A DNA stretch of 31,485 bases, taken from NCBI GenBank assembly GCA_030649345.1, contig JAUSKK010000011.1, positions 1 to 31,485 of the forward strand, read 5' to 3'. The notes under the pieces are model-generated. The model did not search any database and was not told the DNA's origin. It worked only from the letters and a program-made list of their open reading frames with translations. This document shows positions 24,489 to 31,485 of the stretch, one piece after another. The stretch's first letter is position 1. Each line of letters begins with the position of its first letter. The position numbers and the translations under genes were made by a program. Source of the DNA: Candidatus Iainarchaeum sp. (GTDB lineage Archaea > Iainarchaeota > Iainarchaeia > Iainarchaeales > 0-14-0-20-34-12).

Positions 24489-25430
24489 ATGACCTCAGAT
24501 ATTTTGCCTGTAATTAATTCTTTTGAAGCGCCAGTGCCTAAAACCAACAAACCAGAATGGCTGAAAATTAGGCCTCCAACCACAGAAGAATATGCAAAAA
24601 TTAAACTCAGAATTAAATCTCTTAAACTAAACACAGTTTGCCAAGAAGCACATTGTCCGAATATGAGTGAATGCTGGTCTGGTGGAACAGCCACTTTTAT
24701 GGTAATGGGTGATACTTGTACTCGGGGCTGTAAATTTTGTGCAGTAAAAACTTCCAGAAAACCTTTGCCTTTAGATCTCCAAGAACCAGTCAAACTAGCT
24801 GAAGCCATTAAAGAAATGAATTTAGATTATGTTGTAATTACTTCAGTGGACAGAGATGATTTAAATGATCAAGGAGCCAATCATTTTGCTGAATGCATTC
24901 AAGAAGTCAAGAAACAAAATCCTAAAATTTTAATTGAAGTATTAACTCCAGACTTTCGAGGAAACACGGACTGCTTGGATATTGTATTGAATGCAAAACC
25001 AGATGTTTTTGCTCACAATATTGAAACAGTTCAAAGACTGCAAAGCACTGTACGTGACCCTAGAGCAAATTATGTTCAATCTTTATTTGTTTTAGATTAC
25101 ATTAAAAAACAAGATTCTAAAATGTACACCAAGAGTTCAATCATGGTTGGCTTAGGCGAACAAGATTCAGAAATTTTACAAACCTTAGATGATTTGAGAT
25201 CTAAAGGTGTTTCAGTTGTAACTTTTGGACAATACTTGCAGCCATCGCAGAATCATTTAACTGTAACTGAATTTGTGACTCCAGAAAAATTCAAATGGTT
25301 TGAAGAACAAGCATTGCTGAAAGGTTTCCTTTACTGTGCTTCTGGTCCATTTGTCCGCAGTTCCTATAAAGCAGGAGAATATTTTTTAAAAAACGTAATT
25401 CATTCAAGTGAAATCAATGCGAAACCTTAG
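24489..25430 (+). CDS. lipA: Lipoyl synthase
   Basis: N-terminal auxiliary-cluster motif CQEAHCPNMSECW and radical-SAM motif CTRGCKFCAV (C-x3-C-x2-C). Confidence 0.93.
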   Translation: MTSDILPVINSFEAPVPKTNKPEWLKIRPPTTEEYAKIKLRIKSLKLNTVCQEAHCPNMSECWSGGTATFMVMGDTCTRGCKFCAVKTSRKPLPLDLQEPVKLAEAIKEMNLDYVVITSVDRDDLNDQGANHFAECIQEVKKQNPKILIEVLTPDFRGNTDCLDIVLNAKPDVFAHNIETVQRLQSTVRDPRANYVQSLFVLDYIKKQDSKMYTKSSIMVGLGEQDSEILQTLDDLRSKGVSVVTFGQYLQPSQNHLTVTEFVTPEKFKWFEEQALLKGFLYCASGPFVRSSYKAGEYFLKNVIHSSEINAKP

Positions 25431-26025
25431 ACCTAGATTAGCTCGAAGAAGAATGATTCACGGAAAATCAATTCAATTAATTGGAATTGGTGATGAAGGA
25501 AAAGCTTGGAAACTTAAAAGTTTTGGAAAACGAAAACCTATAGTCGTAAAAGTGTATAAAAAAACAGCCAATCCCAAAAAAGTTAGACATGATTATATTG
25601 CCCGGCAAATTGCTTGGTTATTGTTTCCTAAAAATTTTCCAAAATCGTATTCAATGACAATTCATAAAAGCCGCATTCGAATTGCACAACAATACCGCGA
25701 ACCCAATCCTGAACTTAAAGCATTGCAAGTGGAAATGATTGAAGGCACTCCCGAAAGCGAACACACAGCTCATCTTATTCAAATGTTTGCTGGAAACGAT
25801 AATTCGACAAAACGTTTGATTGAAATTCGTGCAGCTGGTCTTTCACCAGATTCTTTTGCCGCCAATTATGGTTTTTTTAATCCCAGCGAACCTGTGGTTT
25901 ATGAATTAAAACGATTGAATTCCAAAAGAGTTCGCAGTTATTTGGCAAAACAAGCCATGCCGGTTCGAAGACGTAGACAAATTTTAAAATTATTGGAAGA
26001 ATATGAACGTATGGAAAAATTTTAG
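25417..26025 (+). CDS. Family-A basic protein of unknown function (paralog of 11204..11926)
   Basis: Carries the same ordered motifs as 11204..11926. The track start is GTG at 25408. The ATG at 25417 aligns best with the paralog N-terminus. Either start overlaps the lipA 3' end (by 14-23 nt). Confidence 0.55.
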   Translation: MRNLRPRLARRRMIHGKSIQLIGIGDEGKAWKLKSFGKRKPIVVKVYKKTANPKKVRHDYIARQIAWLLFPKNFPKSYSMTIHKSRIRIAQQYREPNPELKALQVEMIEGTPESEHTAHLIQMFAGNDNSTKRLIEIRAAGLSPDSFAANYGFFNPSEPVVYELKRLNSKRVRSYLAKQAMPVRRRRQILKLLEEYERMEKF

Positions 26026-26518
26026 TCTTTTGGCTGTTCTTTTTGGTTTCTCCAATTTTCTTCAAATAATCTCAAAAAAGGGAAAGGTGTTACTCCAGCT
26101 TCATGTGCATTGATTGTCATTCGAATAGATTTTTTATACGCCAATACAGCTGCTTGTAAGTCAGTTCTCAAGTCACGCAGTGTGCATTCGTGTGCAATTA
26201 GATCAATTAACCTATTTGCAATTAGTCTGCTTTCGTTTAGAGTAATGCCTGGCTCGAATAACTTTTTGCCACCAAGCGATATGCTTGGCCACGTTCAGGC
26301 TTGTTGTATCTTCCAGTTAAGTGTTCTAAATTGTATTTTTTGATTAATGTCCGTAATACAGATGATGAAATTTTTCCCAGAACATATTGATCTAATCTAT
26401 GCTGAGCAGCTAAAGGATTTGTAGGAAATTTTTTGTCCAATCGAGATTTCTTTTTTTCGCCTTTTAGATCAAAAATTTGCCTAACTCTGCTCCGTAATTT
26501 TTTAGGTGGGCGAATCAT
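26022..26518 (-). pseudogene. Family-B basic protein interrupted by a 1-nt frameshift (paralog of 29527..29901)
   Basis: The track ORF 26237..26518 stops after ...RLVAKSYSSQALL. A second frame is open from 26294 down to a TAA at 26022..26024. It encodes KLFEPGITLNESRLIANRLIDLI..., which continues the alignment with the paralog (RIFLDPNS...SEARIQISSLL). The two frames can be joined at the A5 run (plus-strand T5, 26263..26267). Confidence 0.6.
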
Positions 26519-26522
26519 TTTA

Positions 26523-27110
26523 TCAACTCAAAATTCCAGTTCTCAAATAGCTAACCGCAATTGCAATTAAAATCAATCCAATAATTTTGGATAAAACCAT
26601 TAATCCTTTTTCACCCAAGACTTTTTTTAAGTCCAAAGACAAAATCAAAAGAATGGCTGTTAAAATTAATGCAATGCTTAATGCAATTGCCACTACAGTA
26701 AAATTAAACTGAGTTTGTAAAACAATCAAACTAGTAATCAAACCCGGGCCAGTCAATAAAGGAGTTGCAATTAACAGCAGAGCACTGTCTTTGTTTTCGT
26801 GTTTTTTGCTTCCTTTCCAAAACTCTATTCCTAAAACAGTTTCAATTCCCAATAAGCCTAAAACTATGCCTCCGGCAACTTTGAAGTCATTGATTCCAAT
26901 ATTTAATGCACTTAAAATTGAATTTCCTGTAAACAAGAAAAAGAATGCAAGTATTCCAGCTAGGCCTACAATTTTAAGAGCACATTTAATGCATACTTCT
27001 CTGGATTCTTTGTGAGTAATATCTAGAAATGGAAGAATGCTGGGAAATGGATCCATGACTACAAAAATAGTAATTAATGAAATTAGAATCGAACCAATGA
27101 ATGTAATCAT
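26523..27110 (-). CDS. MarC-family (UPF0056) integral membrane protein
   Basis: Six TMs and the N-terminal VVMDPFPSILPFL motif typical of MarC. The track start at 27116 is a TTG. The ATG is at 27110. Confidence 0.72.
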   Translation of the reverse strand: MITFIGSILISLITIFVVMDPFPSILPFLDITHKESREVCIKCALKIVGLAGILAFFFLFTGNSILSALNIGINDFKVAGGIVLGLLGIETVLGIEFWKGSKKHENKDSALLLIATPLLTGPGLITSLIVLQTQFNFTVVAIALSIALILTAILLILSLDLKKVLGEKGLMVLSKIIGLILIAIAVSYLRTGILS

Positions 27111-27134
27111 ATACAAAGAAAGCTTTCTGTGTTT

Positions 27135-27908
27135 TTATAAATTTGCATGCTTTTGCACGAATAGCATTGCTTTTTCAGTTATTTGATCCAATTCTTCTTG
27201 TTTTAAAAAATAGTGATCGGATTCCGGAAAAATTTCCAGTTTAGAACCTTTAATTAAAGCATAGGCTTTTTTGCTTTGATTTACAGAAACTTTAGTATCT
27301 TTGGCTCCATGAATAATTAAAACAGGCACAGTAATTTTTGGGGCAAATTCATATCCATTATTTTTTTCAGCATCATCAAACAAGTCATACTTTAATTGAA
27401 TTACCACTCCGTTGTGCTTGGTGTAATCCATAGTTCCTTTGGTTTTCCATGCATTTACTTTTTCCATGCCTAAATCATCCATTGCTTTTTCTTGATAATT
27501 CCATAAAGGTGCAATCAAAACTAGAAATTGAATATTTTTAATTTGAGTACTCGCAATTACTGAACATAAGGTTCCAAAACTTTCTCCAATTAAACCAAAT
27601 TTTTTATATCCTTTTTTTTGCATTAATTTTAAAGCAGAAATTAAATCTTGAACTCCTTGCGTAAGAGTGGTTGCCTCCAAATTTCCTTGGCTTTCTTTAT
27701 GGCCTGTAAAATCAAATCGAAAAAAAGGAAATCCTTTTTCTCCCAATACTTTTTCCAAATGAACTGCTTTTCGTGTATCTTTACTGGAGCCAAAACCATG
27801 CGCAAAAATGATTAAGGGTTTAGAAAAATCTTTTTTAGAGTCTGCTAAAATTCCGCACAGTTTAATTCCTTGTGTGCTTTCAAAAAAAAGTTTTTCATGC
27901 AAGTGCAC
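27135..27908 (-). CDS. Alpha/beta-fold hydrolase
   Basis: IIFAHGFGSS oxyanion region, nucleophile elbow GESFG, HGAKD, and a C-terminal SDHYF His. GTG start, 14 nt after the upstream stop. Confidence 0.75.
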   Translation of the reverse strand: MHLHEKLFFESTQGIKLCGILADSKKDFSKPLIIFAHGFGSSKDTRKAVHLEKVLGEKGFPFFRFDFTGHKESQGNLEATTLTQGVQDLISALKLMQKKGYKKFGLIGESFGTLCSVIASTQIKNIQFLVLIAPLWNYQEKAMDDLGMEKVNAWKTKGTMDYTKHNGVVIQLKYDLFDDAEKNNGYEFAPKITVPVLIIHGAKDTKVSVNQSKKAYALIKGSKLEIFPESDHYFLKQEELDQITEKAMLFVQKHANL

Positions 27909-27922
27909 GGCAATCCCTTTAT

Positions 27923-28615
27923 TTATTCTGGCAAAGCCGGTAAATCTGCTGTACTGGGATCGCCATAAGTTGGTTGTTTGAAATTTAATTCACAGGCATT
28001 TTCAAATTTAGTAACCAAAATAGTTCCAGTTAAACTTGAATAATTTCCAGCAAACAATTCTTCTGCAGTTTTAGTTTCCCATTTGTTTTGTTCTGTATTA
28101 AATGAATACATTCTTTGAATGGAACAATGGACAAACAATTCTCTTGGATTGTTAGATTTTAAATAATCTGTAATTGCAATAAATTGCCAGCCTTGTGCAA
28201 TTTTTTTAGGCAAATAATCTGGACTGGCTTGATTCCAATATTTTTCATTACTGGGTTCATAAGTAATGGAACAATTTTGTCTGGAATATCTCCATTTTCC
28301 GCCATACCATGCATAAAAATATCCTTCAGCATTGTCTCTTTGGTACTGATCAATATTCACTTGATTGGTTGGACTTACTACCATGGAAACATATTTTTTC
28401 AAGGAAGGCAAATAATAATATTCTAAGACATCTTCGCATGTGCTGCTGACGACATTGAATGTTGGAACCAAATTCCATCCTTTAAAAATTTGAACAGTAA
28501 TTTGAGAATTCATGCTGGCAAGTTCAGCTCTTTGTTCATCCGTTAATTCTGGTGCTTGAGCAAATAAAGAAAACGAAAACAAAATAATTAAACCAAATGC
28601 AAGTATTTTTTTCAT
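27923..28615 (-). CDS. Secreted Cys-containing protein of unknown function ending in ...LPALPE
   Basis: Signal peptide MKKILAFGLIILFSFSLFAQA. No motif recognised. The C-terminal tail is shared with the upstream gene. Confidence 0.6.
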   Translation of the reverse strand: MKKILAFGLIILFSFSLFAQAPELTDEQRAELASMNSQITVQIFKGWNLVPTFNVVSSTCEDVLEYYYLPSLKKYVSMVVSPTNQVNIDQYQRDNAEGYFYAWYGGKWRYSRQNCSITYEPSNEKYWNQASPDYLPKKIAQGWQFIAITDYLKSNNPRELFVHCSIQRMYSFNTEQNKWETKTAEELFAGNYSSLTGTILVTKFENACELNFKQPTYGDPSTADLPALPE

Positions 28616-28624
28616 AAAATCACG

Positions 28625-28843
28625 TTATTCTTCCGGTAAAGCTGGAGGCGGAGGAATTTGTTCTTCTTGTGCTTGAGTTCCAGTTCCAGTCTGAGAATTA
28701 TTTCCTAAATTTTGTGTGTTAGTTAAATCGGTATTACTTTCATTTCCAGATGTTTCAGAAGTATTGGTTTGAGTGCATCCAAGTAAAATTAAAAAAAGAA
28801 AACTGAAAACTATAATTTGTTTTAATTTAATTTCGAAATTCAT
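28625..28843 (-). CDS. Small low-complexity lipoprotein ending in ...PPPPALPEE
   Basis: Lipobox LLGC, a T/N/S/Q-rich linker with N-x-S/T sequons, and a Pro-rich acidic C-terminus. A TATA-like TTTAAA sits about 24 nt upstream of the ATG. Confidence 0.5.
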   Translation of the reverse strand: MNFEIKLKQIIVFSFLFLILLGCTQTNTSETSGNESNTDLTNTQNLGNNSQTGTGTQAQEEQIPPPPALPEE

Positions 28844-28947
28844 ATTGTTAATAGGATTGAAGGGTTTAAATGTTTACCTTTTTGTGAACTTTTTTTCTTT
28901 TTTTTGGTGATTTATTCTCAAATTTAAATTTAGTTGTCTATGTAACT

Positions 28948-29523
28948 TTAGACCTTTAGCCAGCCACGAAACGCTCTAGCACTATAGTAAGAAGGTGCAC
29001 TGTTGTGGTATACAAATACTTTGCCGTAGCGGCGATCAGCAAAAAGGGCGCCACCGAGTTTTCTAATATCTAAAGGTGTTTTCACCCAGCTGGATGTCTT
29101 TAAATCGAAATTTCCAAGCTTCTGCAATTCTCGATATTGTTCTTCGGTTAAAAGCTCAATGCCCATGGCAGCTGCCATATCCATTGCATTATTTTTTGGT
29201 TTAAATGTTTTTCTGAACTCCAGTCCTTCTCGGTCGTAACAAACATTTCTTCGGCCATTGGGACTTTCCGTTGAACAATCATAAAAAATATATTCGCCTG
29301 TCTTTTTATCCTGGCCAACAACATCGGGTTCACCGTCCGTTCTTTCCATTTCATTGAGTGACCAAAGTTTTTCAGTATTTGCTTCCAGCTTTGCTTGTAT
29401 TTTAGTCCATTCAAGACCTTTATGGCGATTCATGTTTTTTTCAAAACGAGCTTTCAATACTTTGAGTAATTCTTTACATTGCTCGGGTGACAACTTTTTT
29501 TTATTGTTATTATTTTTGTTCAT
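28948..29523 (-). CDS. DUF4256-family protein (mainly bacterial family)
   Basis: Long runs match my recollection of DUF4256: LWSLNEMERTDGEPDVVG, MAAAMGIELLTEEQYRELQKLG, TSSWVKTP and IRKLGGALF. Its 3' part is markedly GC-richer than its neighbours. Confidence 0.6.
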   Translation of the reverse strand: MNKNNNNKKKLSPEQCKELLKVLKARFEKNMNRHKGLEWTKIQAKLEANTEKLWSLNEMERTDGEPDVVGQDKKTGEYIFYDCSTESPNGRRNVCYDREGLEFRKTFKPKNNAMDMAAAMGIELLTEEQYRELQKLGNFDLKTSSWVKTPLDIRKLGGALFADRRYGKVFVYHNSAPSYYSARAFRGWLKV

Positions 29524-29526
29524 ATT

Positions 29527-29901
29527 TTAGATTACTCCTGTTAACTTTTTGAGTTCAGCCATTAAGTATTCATAGGCATCGACATCGTTTAATAAAGAAG
29601 ATATTTGAATTCTAGCTTCGCTTCTTTGTTTAACTTTTGAGTTTGGATCTAAAAAAATTCTTAACATTCTGTATAATCTGGCTCTTCTCGGATTTCTTTT
29701 TCCTTTCAAATAAGTCATATCAAATCTTAGAATGGCATTATTAACAATTGTGCCAGCCAGTTTATTTCTTCTAAATTTTTCTAAACGTTGCTTGGCCTCG
29801 ATTGGATTTTGCACCGTACGTTTAACTCTTCTTTCTTTTTTTTCAACCCTTGTTGAAAGCCTTTTTTGCACAAATCTTTCTTGCCTAATTCTAGAAATCA
29901 T
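29527..29901 (-). CDS. Family-B basic protein of unknown function (paralog of 26022..26518)
   Basis: A 39-position ungapped alignment with the other copy, starting at NP[IL]xAxxRL[ED]x[FY]. Its stop lies 3 nt before the DUF4256 ATG. Confidence 0.55.
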   Translation of the reverse strand: MISRIRQERFVQKRLSTRVEKKERRVKRTVQNPIEAKQRLEKFRRNKLAGTIVNNAILRFDMTYLKGKRNPRRARLYRMLRIFLDPNSKVKQRSEARIQISSLLNDVDAYEYLMAELKKLTGVI

Positions 29902-29975
29902 TTAATCTCCAAATAAATTATCCCAAATCCTTTTTATTCGCTTTCTGTCGAACATACTTTCGTTGTTGCATTGAC

Positions 29976-29985
29976 TTTATAAATA
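29976..29985 (+). promoter_or_regulatory. TATA-like box for the E1 alpha operon (leaderless spacing)
   Basis: TTTATAAATA, centred about 25 nt upstream of the ATG at 30006. Confidence 0.4.
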
Positions 29986-30005
29986 ATATTCTTCTAATAT
30001 ATTGC

Positions 30006-31094
30006 ATGCCTAAAGAAAAGGTATTTGAAGGAAAAATCGAATTTTTGCAAATTTTAGACGAACAAGGCAATTTAGATGATTCCTTAGAGCCTAAACTCAA
30101 AAACAGCGAATTGGACCATTATTACAAAACCATGGTTTTTTGCAGAATTGCAGACGATAAAGCTTTAGCCTTGCAAAGACAAGGCCGAGTTGGAACCTTT
30201 GCTCCTACTGCAGGTCAAGAAGCTGCTCAAATTGCCAGTGCCAGTTTACTAAGGAAGACAGACTGGTTAGTTCCAAGTTTTCGTGAAGCCATTGCAGCTA
30301 TAGTACGCGGTACTCCTTTGCATAAAATTTATCAATACATTTCTGGAGTCGAAGAAGCTTCTCGTTTGCCTGAAGGCTGTAAAGATTTGCCTGTAAGTAT
30401 TCCTGTAGGTTCTCAAATGCTGCATGCTGTAGGCTTAGGCTATGCTGAAAAATTAAAAGGAACTGATAATTTAGCTTTAACTTATTTTGGAGACGGTGCT
30501 ACCAGTGAAGGAGAATTTCATGAAGCAGCCAATTTAGCTGGAGTATATCAAACGCCTACTATTTTCTTTTGTCAAAACAATCAATGGGCAATTTCAGTTC
30601 CAAGATCAAGACAAACGCATTCAAAAACAATTGCACAAAAAGCATTTGCTTACGGAATGGCTGGAGTTCAAGTGGACGGAAATGATATCTTGGCAGTTCA
30701 TACAGCTACAGCGGATGCTATTGAACGTGCAAGAAATGGGCAAGGTCCAACTTTAATTGAAGCAGTAACTTACCGGCAAAAAATGCATACTACTGCAGAT
30801 GATCCAACCAAATACAGAGATCCTAAAGTTCACGATGAATGGATGAAAAAAGATCCAATTTCTCGATTTAAAATTTATTTAAAATACAAAGGAATTTGGA
30901 GTGAAGAATACGAAAAACAAGTTTGGGCAGACGCTCAAGCTAAAGTAGAAGAAGAAGTTAAAATTTTTGAAGCATTAAAAGCTCCACCAATAGAAGACAT
31001 GTTCAAGTATGTGTATGCGGAAATGCCAGAATATTTAATTGAAGAAATGGAAGAATTAAAGCAAGCAATGGCTGAAAAGGAATTAGAACAATAA
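30006..31094 (+). CDS. 2-oxoacid (pyruvate/branched-chain/acetoin) dehydrogenase E1 component, alpha subunit
   Basis: Thiamine-diphosphate motif YFGDGATSEGEFHEAANLAGVYQTPTIFFCQNNQWAIS. Confidence 0.9.
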   Translation: MPKEKVFEGKIEFLQILDEQGNLDDSLEPKLKNSELDHYYKTMVFCRIADDKALALQRQGRVGTFAPTAGQEAAQIASASLLRKTDWLVPSFREAIAAIVRGTPLHKIYQYISGVEEASRLPEGCKDLPVSIPVGSQMLHAVGLGYAEKLKGTDNLALTYFGDGATSEGEFHEAANLAGVYQTPTIFFCQNNQWAISVPRSRQTHSKTIAQKAFAYGMAGVQVDGNDILAVHTATADAIERARNGQGPTLIEAVTYRQKMHTTADDPTKYRDPKVHDEWMKKDPISRFKIYLKYKGIWSEEYEKQVWADAQAKVEEEVKIFEALKAPPIEDMFKYVYAEMPEYLIEEMEELKQAMAEKELEQ

Positions 31095-31099
31095 TTAAG

Positions 31100-31485
31100 A
31101 TGATTTTTATGGCTTTATTGAATTTAGTTCAAGCAATCAATCAAGGATTCATGCAAGAAATGGAACGCGATCCTACAGTTGTAGTTTTAGGAGAAGACGT
31201 AGGAGTTGACGGCGGAGTATTCAGAGTTACAGATGGATTGCATGCAAAATTTGGTTCTCAACGAGTTATGGATACTCCGATTGCTGAAATTGGGATTGCA
31301 GGAATGAGTATCGGAATGGCTATTGCTGGCTTAAAACCTGTTGGAGAAATTCAATTTGATGGATTTTCGTATCTTACTTTTAATCAAATGTTTAATCATG
31401 CAGCACGCATGAGATATAGAACTCGCGGAACTTTGCATGTTCCTATGGTTTTACGTTTTCCGTATGGTGGCGGAATTAAAGCCTT
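31100..31485 (+). CDS. 2-oxoacid dehydrogenase E1 component, beta subunit (3' end truncated by the window edge)
   Basis: My own translation gives M(IFM)ALLNLVQAINQGFMQEMERDPTVVVLGEDVGVDGGVFRVTDGL...DTPIAEIGIAG...EIQFDGF. The start is ATG at 31100 or 31109. The frame stays open to the window end. Confidence 0.85.
   Translation, partial: MIFMALLNLVQAINQGFMQEMERDPTVVVLGEDVGVDGGVFRVTDGLHAKFGSQRVMDTPIAEIGIAGMSIGMAIAGLKPVGEIQFDGFSYLTFNQMFNHAARMRYRTRGTLHVPMVLRFPYGGGIKA

Noticed and set aside
24479-24808. 109-aa minus-strand ORF opposite the lipA 5' region.
   Set aside because: It is antisense to the highly conserved cluster-binding region of lipA. It is a shadow ORF.
25877-26343. Track ORFs 25877..26065 (-) and 26110..26343 (+), in the region downstream of the truncated family-B ORF.
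   Set aside because: The frameshifted continuation of the family-B gene, in a different minus frame, explains this region better. These two ORFs show no paralog similarity.
29918-30100. 60-aa minus-strand ORF spanning the E1 alpha promoter and start.
   Set aside because: It overlaps the TATA box and the 5' end of a strongly supported gene. The composition is junk-like.
1-31485. Looked for CRISPR arrays, long nucleotide-level repeats (including DGR-style template/variable repeat pairs in the secreted-protein genes), integrases, transposases and reverse transcriptases.
   Set aside because: I found none by eye or in the ORF translations. The family A and B paralogs are too diverged to be recent nucleotide repeats. 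A computational self dot-plot would be needed to exclude short degenerate repeats.

Overview
AT-rich window (about one-third G+C by eye), densely coded, with about 35 protein genes. I found no rRNA, tRNA, CRISPR array, transposase or integrase. The source looks archaeal, probably a small-genome DPANN-like lineage. This is inferred from a geranylgeranyl-reductase gene, an ABC ATPase/COG1361-like surface protein/FtsX triad, a COG4741-type nuclease, and TATA-like boxes centred about 25-29 nt upstream of first-gene ATGs. That spacing implies leaderless mRNAs, while internal operon genes carry GAGGTG-type Shine-Dalgarno sites. Core metabolism: purQ plus a PurS-PurS-PurL fusion, a HAD hydrolase, asd, aspartate kinase, lipA, and E1 alpha/beta of a 2-oxoacid dehydrogenase. 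Transport and envelope genes: an ABC triad, an NhaP-type antiporter, EamA, MarC, and a large beta-propeller lipoprotein. The best candidate for an undescribed system is a 5.2-kb thiol/redox island (19185-24404). It holds a Cys-tailed HxlR regulator, two MsrQ-like haem-b membrane proteins without MsrP, a membrane-tethered wHTH regulator, an unannotated 34-aa five-cysteine micro-ORF, a membrane-anchored DsbA fusion, a translationally coupled SufS and a thioredoxin lipoprotein. Two uncharacterised, very basic paralog families are also present. Family A (11204-11926; 25417-26025) has kinase-like motifs. Family B (26022-26518, frameshifted; 29527-29901) brackets a roughly 3-kb accessory block, part of a 4.5-kb interval that separates lipA from the dehydrogenase operon and includes a compositionally foreign DUF4256 gene. 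All family assignments rest on motifs read by eye. No database search was run.
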